Positions 14,728 through 20,000 of a stretch of 20,000 nucleotides of DNA are shown here, piece after piece. How positions within the stretch are numbered: position 1 is the first letter of the stretch; each line of letters starts with the position of its first letter. The position numbers and the translations under genes were made by a program. A model generated the notes under the pieces. It saw nothing but the letters and a program-made list of their open reading frames with translations. It did not search any database and had not been told where the DNA came from. The DNA is from Bacteriovoracaceae bacterium. GTDB lineage: Bacteria > Bdellovibrionota > Bacteriovoracia > Bacteriovoracales > Bacteriovoracaceae. Where the stretch lies: NCBI GenBank assembly GCA_018649885.1, contig JABIHA010000073.1, positions 54,438 through 74,437 on the forward strand, given 5' to 3'.

Positions 14728-17109
14728 ATGAAGCAGTATGATTCCATAGTGTTAGGGGCCTTAGAAATAGCCCAATCAAAGGCACTCAAAAATAAAAATA
14801 CTGAACTAACTCAGTATCATATTTTGTATGGGCTACTAAAAAACCCACAATCTGCCAGTGCCAAAAGTTTTAAAAGTGCTCTAAAACAGGTTGAGAAAAA
14901 GCTAAAAAATCTGCCCACGAGCGGAAATGAAACATCTCTCGAAAATTTAAGAATGAATGCCACTGCTTCTAAATGGCTGACCCATGCAAGCTCTAACGTA
15001 ATCCAAAATGGAGGAGAAACTGTTACTGAAAAAGATCTTCTCAAACTGATGCCAGGGATATTCCCCGATTTAGAAATAAACTTTGAACTTTTAAAAGAAG
15101 ATGAACAGGAAAACGAATGCCCTGCCTTTTTGGTGGATCTGGGTGAACTGGCCTCCAGTGGTAAGCTTGATCCAGTAATTGGAAGACACTCAGAAATTCA
15201 CGCCGTTATGGAAATTCTAGGTCGAAGAGGAAAAAACAATCCTGTTCTCGTAGGAAGTGCCGGAGTTGGAAAAACGGCAATAGTCGAAGGCCTGGCCGAA
15301 AAAATCATCAAAGAAGAAGTTCCAGATGTTCTTCGTGGTAAAACAATCTACTCTCTCGATCTAGGCCAATTAATGGCCGGAACTAAGTATAGAGGCGAGT
15401 TCGAAGAAAGGCTTCAACAGCTTTTAAAGTTTATAAAAGGTAAAGCGGGAGAAGCTATTTTATTCATCGATGAGATCCATCAATTAGTAGGAGCAGGAAA
15501 AACGGATGGAGCGATGGATGCCGCTAATCTACTCAAGCCCGCCCTTGCCAGAGGGGAGCTCAATTGTATAGGGGCCACAACGGATGAAGAATACCAGAAA
15601 TATATTTTGGGAGATTCAGCACTCGACAGGAGATTTAGACCTGTTATTGTAATGGAGCCCACAAGAGAAGATGCCACCGAGATTTTAATGGGCCTAAAAG
15701 AAAAGTTTGAGGCCCACCACGGGATCACCATATCTGATGAATCCATTTTCAACGCAGTTTACTTATCTGCTCAATATATTAACAATAAAAACCTTCCCGA
15801 TAAGGCGATAGATTTAATTGATGAGGCCTCTTCATCACTGAAGCTCAGGGCAGAGACACTCCCTCCAAAACTAGCTGACTTAGAGTCAGAAATTAGAACC
15901 AAAAAAATTGCTATTCAAATGGTGGAAGATCCGGGGAAAAAATCAGATGAACAAAACCTAATAAAAGAACTTGAAGCTGATTTTTCTGAAAAGAAAGCGG
16001 CCTGGGAGGAAGAAGTCCATAGCATGAAAAAGGTTTCGACCCTAAAAAACACCATCGATAAGGCCAGGTTTGATATGCACAAAGCTGAGAGATCGGGTCA
16101 ATACGAAGAGGCTTCAAGAATCAAGTACTCTGTTCTTCCTGAACTTGAAGGTGAGCTTGAAGAGTGTGGGGCCATGTGGGTTTTAAGCAAGGCCGATATT
16201 GCCGCAGTCATTTCTAGACAAACGGGAGTGCCTGTAGAAAAAATATTAAAATCAAAGCAAGACCAAATACTCAAACTGGAAGAGTATCTTAATTCAAGAG
16301 TTTTTGGACAAGCTGAGGTGCTAAAAGAAGTCTCTGAAACACTTGTCGCCTCCCACGCAGGTCTGACAGATGAAACCAGACCTCTGGGATCATTTTTACT
16401 AAAAGGCCCAAGCGGAGTTGGTAAAACAGAAACTGCAAAAGCTTTGGCAAGCTTCTTATTCGACCACGAAGAAAACCTCATCAGAGTTGATCTCAGTGAA
16501 TTTTCTGAGAAGCACTCTGTGGCCAAGCTCATTGGGGCCCCTGCAGGTTACGTAGGCTATGAAGAAGGTGGAATCCTCACAGAGGCCATTAGAAAAAGAC
16601 CCTACGCTGTTTTACTATTCGATGAAATAGAAAAAGCACACCGAGACTTCAGTGATATTTTACTGCAAATCCTTGACGATGGAAGACTCACAGACAACAA
16701 AGGTCGAACCATTAGCTTTAAAAATACCATCATACTCTTAACAACAAACTCAAAAGATACTGAAGCCGATTTTAAGCCAGAGGTACTGGGAAGAATCGAT
16801 GGCATTTTGGAATACAAACACCTTGATCAAGCAGTATTAGAAAAAGTCGTGGCAAGAGAGCTAGAGCTTCTCAATGGCCGTCTTGATGATAAAGGCATTA
16901 CCTTGAACTTAGACGATGAGGTAAAAGCCGAGCTGATAAAAGTTGGACACAACGAAACCTACGGGGCGAGACCTCTTAGATCAGCTTTTTACCGATTAAT
17001 TACCAGACCACTATCTAAACAAATATTGGCCGCAGAATTCGAAAAAGGCCGCTACAAGGTAGGATACGACAGTAAATCAAAGGGTGTTTACTTCGAAAAT
17101 ATGACCTAA
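14728..17109 (+). CDS. clpB: ClpB-type AAA+ disaggregase (start likely 14728, 793 aa)
   Basis: KLDPVIGR; Walker A GVGKT twice; KYRGEFE and GYVGY pore loops; IDEIH and FDEIEKAH Walker B; coiled-coil M domain; YGARPL; AAGGAG SD before ATG 14728. Confidence 0.9.
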   Translation: MKQYDSIVLGALEIAQSKALKNKNTELTQYHILYGLLKNPQSASAKSFKSALKQVEKKLKNLPTSGNETSLENLRMNATASKWLTHASSNVIQNGGETVTEKDLLKLMPGIFPDLEINFELLKEDEQENECPAFLVDLGELASSGKLDPVIGRHSEIHAVMEILGRRGKNNPVLVGSAGVGKTAIVEGLAEKIIKEEVPDVLRGKTIYSLDLGQLMAGTKYRGEFEERLQQLLKFIKGKAGEAILFIDEIHQLVGAGKTDGAMDAANLLKPALARGELNCIGATTDEEYQKYILGDSALDRRFRPVIVMEPTREDATEILMGLKEKFEAHHGITISDESIFNAVYLSAQYINNKNLPDKAIDLIDEASSSLKLRAETLPPKLADLESEIRTKKIAIQMVEDPGKKSDEQNLIKELEADFSEKKAAWEEEVHSMKKVSTLKNTIDKARFDMHKAERSGQYEEASRIKYSVLPELEGELEECGAMWVLSKADIAAVISRQTGVPVEKILKSKQDQILKLEEYLNSRVFGQAEVLKEVSETLVASHAGLTDETRPLGSFLLKGPSGVGKTETAKALASFLFDHEENLIRVDLSEFSEKHSVAKLIGAPAGYVGYEEGGILTEAIRKRPYAVLLFDEIEKAHRDFSDILLQILDDGRLTDNKGRTISFKNTIILLTTNSKDTEADFKPEVLGRIDGILEYKHLDQAVLEKVVARELELLNGRLDDKGITLNLDDEVKAELIKVGHNETYGARPLRSAFYRLITRPLSKQILAAEFEKGRYKVGYDSKSKGVYFENMT

Positions 17110-17148
17110 ATAGGTTTTAGTTTTAAGAAAAATTAACGAAAAGGCAGT

Positions 17149-17892
17149 ATGTTTAGTACAAGAATATTACTAATATCTGTCTTTTTTAGTATGTTACCAC
17201 CAAAGGCCTACTCCATTAATGATGGACCTGCCGCTGACAAACTAGCTGAGCACAATGGCGAGTGGATAGATGATTACGTAACTGCAAGAAAAGATGAAAT
17301 AGCTCTCCACAATTCACAAATCAAAGCTATTGATGATCATATTATTAGCACTGCCTTAGAACAAGGCCTTTTTCAAATGAGTGATAGCTCAGAAGATTTT
17401 GGTGTCAGAATTGAAAGAAGTGCTCCTGGAATGTTGGGATTTGCAGAAAAGGCCAAAGAAGACATGCTCTGGTCAGTTTTTAATGCTGGAATTAATTTAT
17501 TGGGAATCGACTACTTTAATGAATCTATTTCTTTAGTCATTACCAGAGGTGGTTCAGAAGTTGTTCTTTGGCCTTGCCACCGCATGATTTCCCAGGGCCC
17601 TGGGCTTCCCTACAAGGATACAACGTACAATAGATTTACTCTTGACTGTTCTAGCGCTAGTGGCAAAGGTGGTGAACAATTTTGGGATTACACCAATTGT
17701 AGAGATAAACTTAAGACATTTCTCGAAGAGAGCGGCAGGAAAAATATTGATACCACAAGTGGAGCATTTCTCACCTGTTTAAAATTTACAGATAAATACG
17801 AGCAACCAGTCACAATTAACGACTCAGAAATTGAAGATAGTTCCCGTGAAGGCGTTTCAGCAGATGGTGCGGGTAGTGGAACTCCAGAGTAA
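17149..17892 (+). CDS. Hypothetical secreted protein with an acidic/Ser/Gly disordered C-tail
   Basis: Signal peptide ending AYS; four Cys; tail INDSEIEDSSREGVSADGAGSGTPE. Confidence 0.7.
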   Translation: MFSTRILLISVFFSMLPPKAYSINDGPAADKLAEHNGEWIDDYVTARKDEIALHNSQIKAIDDHIISTALEQGLFQMSDSSEDFGVRIERSAPGMLGFAEKAKEDMLWSVFNAGINLLGIDYFNESISLVITRGGSEVVLWPCHRMISQGPGLPYKDTTYNRFTLDCSSASGKGGEQFWDYTNCRDKLKTFLEESGRKNIDTTSGAFLTCLKFTDKYEQPVTINDSEIEDSSREGVSADGAGSGTPE

Positions 17893-17907
17893 TTCATCTA
17901 GGTGAAC

Positions 17908-18097
17908 TCCCTTTTCCTTTTTATTGGGTGTTGGCAGTTGCCCTTGCCCACCCAAGGTAAATTCCGTACGTTTACTAAATCCTTGATACAAGTGATTTTA
18001 TTTGAGATTTTTTACTAGAATTTTAAAATTCGCTAAGTTAAATATTTTTCTTGGGTGGGCAAGGGCAGGGCCAACGGCAAATAAAAAGACGAAGGGA
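17908..18097. repeat. Long inverted-repeat element (REPIN/MITE-like or structured RNA)
   Basis: Perfect 18-bp IR TGCCCTTGCCCACCCAAG (17939-17956 / 18050-18067) extending imperfectly to about 49 bp per arm; 93-bp AT-rich spacer. Confidence 0.8.
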
Positions 18098-18106
18098 AAA
18101 GTGACA

Positions 18107-18136
18107 AGGCCCCCACCTTTTAACAGATGGAGGCCT
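18107..18136 (-). terminator. Probable terminator hairpin after fadD
   Basis: Minus strand AGGCCTCCATCT-GTTAAA-AGGTGGGGGCCT (12-bp stem with G-U pairs) followed by TGTCACTTTT. Confidence 0.7.
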
Positions 18137-18140
18137 GTAA

Positions 18141-19808
18141 TTATGCTTGAGGTCTTAAATCTTTTCTTAAAATCTTTCCAACATTTGATTTGGGAAGATC
18201 ATCTCTAAACTCATACTCTTTAGGAACTTTGTATCCTGTAAGGTTTTCTTTACAATGGCCTTTCAATTCAGCCTCAGTTAGAGAATTGTCTTTTTTCACA
18301 ACGAAAATCTTAACCATTTCACCTGATTTTTCATTGGGAACACCAATGGCCGCACACTCCATAACTTTTGGATGAGAGGCAACAACATCTTCAATTTCAT
18401 TTGGATAAACATTAAACCCTGAGACTAGAATCATATCTTTTTTTCTATCAACGATTTTGAAGTAACCATTTTCATTCATTACACCCACGTCACCAGTTTT
18501 AAAGAAACCATCATCGTACATAACTTTGGCTGTTTCATCTGGACGATTGTAGTAACCTTTCATCACCTGAGGACCCTTTATGCAAATCTCTCCTGCCTCA
18601 CCTGCTGGAAGGTCTTTTCCGTCATCATCTCTAATAGTCATAATAGTAGAAGAAATTGGAAGGCCAACCATGCCATTAAATTCTTTCATATTCATAGGAT
18701 TCATACTGGCAGCTGGAGATGTCTCTGTTAGACCGTAGGCCTCAATAAGTGGCACTCCTGTTACTTCTTTCCACTTCTCAGCAACAACGCGCTGAACGGC
18801 CATTCCACCACCGAGAGTGATTCGAAGAGAGCTAAAATCAAGCTTTCCAAAATCTTCATTATTTACAAGAACATTAAAAAGAGTATTCACACCAGTGATA
18901 GTTGTGAACTTCCATTTTGAAAGCTCTTTAACAAAGCCTGGAATATCTCTTGGGTTGGTAATTAGAACATTCATGGCACCCAGACTTGAGAAGGCCAAGC
19001 AGTTAGCAGTTAAACTAAATATATGATAGAGCGGAAGTGGAGTGATGATAATTTCCTCACCCTCTTTGATAGCATTGCCTATCCACCCTTTGGCCTGAGT
19101 TAAGTTGGCCACAATATTTCCGTGACTTAGTATCGCACCTTTGGAAACTCCAGTTGTACCACCTGTGTATTGTAAAAATGCTGTATCTTCTAACGTCACT
19201 TCAGTTTTTACAAATTTTGATGGATCACCATTTTCAACGCAGTCTTTGAAGTTCATCGCCTTCGGAAGCTGAAAAGCTGGAACCATTTTTTTCACATTCT
19301 TAATAACAAAATTAACAATCAGATTTTTTGGAAATTTTAAGAGATCTCCAATTTGAGTGACCATTACATGTTTAACACTAGTCTCGTCTAATATTTTTTC
19401 TAAAATACTGGCCGAGTTGGCAAATATAACAATTGCCGTGGCGCCAGAATCATTTAATTGATGCTTAAGCTCTCTTTTGGTGTAAAGAGGATTAACGTTT
19501 ACAGCGACCATACCGGCCCTCAAGATGCCAAATAGAGCAACAGGATATTGTAAAATATTGGGCATCATCAAAGCGACTCTATCGCCTTTTTTTAGACCCA
19601 GTTCATTTTGTAGAAAGCTTGCGAAACATTTACTTTTTTTATCGAGGTCACCGTAAGACATAGTGGTGCCCATATTGTGAAATGAAGGACGATTTTTATA
19701 CTTGATAAAAACTTCCTCAAGCATTGATGCCAACGAGTCGTAGGCAGCGGTATCTATTTCTTTTGGGATTCCCTCTTGGTACTCTTTGTACCACGCGTGA
19801 TCAGTCAT
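18141..19808 (-). CDS. fadD: Long-chain-fatty-acid--CoA ligase
   Basis: FLQYTGGTTGVSKG P-loop, EAYGLTETSP, FKTGD, DRKKDMILVSGFNVYPNE and GKILR motifs; GAGGA SD. Confidence 0.93.
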   Translation of the reverse strand: MTDHAWYKEYQEGIPKEIDTAAYDSLASMLEEVFIKYKNRPSFHNMGTTMSYGDLDKKSKCFASFLQNELGLKKGDRVALMMPNILQYPVALFGILRAGMVAVNVNPLYTKRELKHQLNDSGATAIVIFANSASILEKILDETSVKHVMVTQIGDLLKFPKNLIVNFVIKNVKKMVPAFQLPKAMNFKDCVENGDPSKFVKTEVTLEDTAFLQYTGGTTGVSKGAILSHGNIVANLTQAKGWIGNAIKEGEEIIITPLPLYHIFSLTANCLAFSSLGAMNVLITNPRDIPGFVKELSKWKFTTITGVNTLFNVLVNNEDFGKLDFSSLRITLGGGMAVQRVVAEKWKEVTGVPLIEAYGLTETSPAASMNPMNMKEFNGMVGLPISSTIMTIRDDDGKDLPAGEAGEICIKGPQVMKGYYNRPDETAKVMYDDGFFKTGDVGVMNENGYFKIVDRKKDMILVSGFNVYPNEIEDVVASHPKVMECAAIGVPNEKSGEMVKIFVVKKDNSLTEAELKGHCKENLTGYKVPKEYEFRDDLPKSNVGKILRKDLRPQA

Positions 19809-20000
19809 ATATTCCTCATGGGGTAATGGTTTAAAATTTTTTCTTAGACTGTCACAAAATGAGGAAATTGACCACTTAGCTAGAGTCTCTAGAAGCTTTT
19901 ACGCGTTGCACGAATGGAGAAAAGTGTAAGGATTACATATTATTTTGCTTTCAGGAGGCCTTGTTTTCTTGATCGACAAGTTTTTTGAGCCCTTTATAGA

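Noticed and set aside
5063..17129. Shared intergenic word AGGTTTTAGTTT(T)AAGAA at 5063-5079 and 17112-17129
   Set aside because: AT-rich short match near chance expectation for 20 kb; no other sign of att sites
17908..18097. 6S RNA or retron msr-msd assignment for the long inverted repeat
   Set aside because: No apical stem/central bubble architecture is visible and no reverse transcriptase is in the window; the element is kept as unassigned
369..19026. Remaining short antisense or nested ORFs in the supplied track (e.g. 369-731, 2145-2558, 6584-6775, 16098-16532, 18002-18208)
   Set aside because: They overlap well-supported genes or regulatory/repeat DNA and show no recognisable motifs
19880..19892. 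Palindrome CTAGAG-T-CTCTAG upstream of fadD
   Set aside because: 6-bp arms, single occurrence, no recognised operator match

Overview
AT-rich bacterial chromosomal window with about 17 real CDSs. The gene mix and protein style suggest a Bdellovibrionota/Bacteriovoracales-like predator; this is inference only. Housekeeping and metabolic genes: SpoVG-family protein, CTP-dependent lipid kinase, fused E1 alpha/beta 2-oxoacid dehydrogenase coupled to an atypical FabD-like acyltransferase, degenerate UppP, PAS-GGDEF diguanylate cyclase, VAT-1-like MDR oxidoreductase, ClpB and FadD. The most unusual part is 4.4-9.5 kb, where a tyrosine recombinase is surrounded by four orphan secreted proteins. Its divergent promoter region is bracketed by a 13-bp dif-core-like direct repeat. 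One neighbour has a perfect sigma54 promoter and a C-terminal tail resembling the Bac7 proline-rich antimicrobial peptide. Another is a 647-aa signal-peptide-bearing polycationic repeat protein preceded by an unannotated 39-aa uORF. A ~190-bp long-inverted-repeat element lies between the last two convergent genes. No rRNA, tRNA, CRISPR array or transposase was seen.
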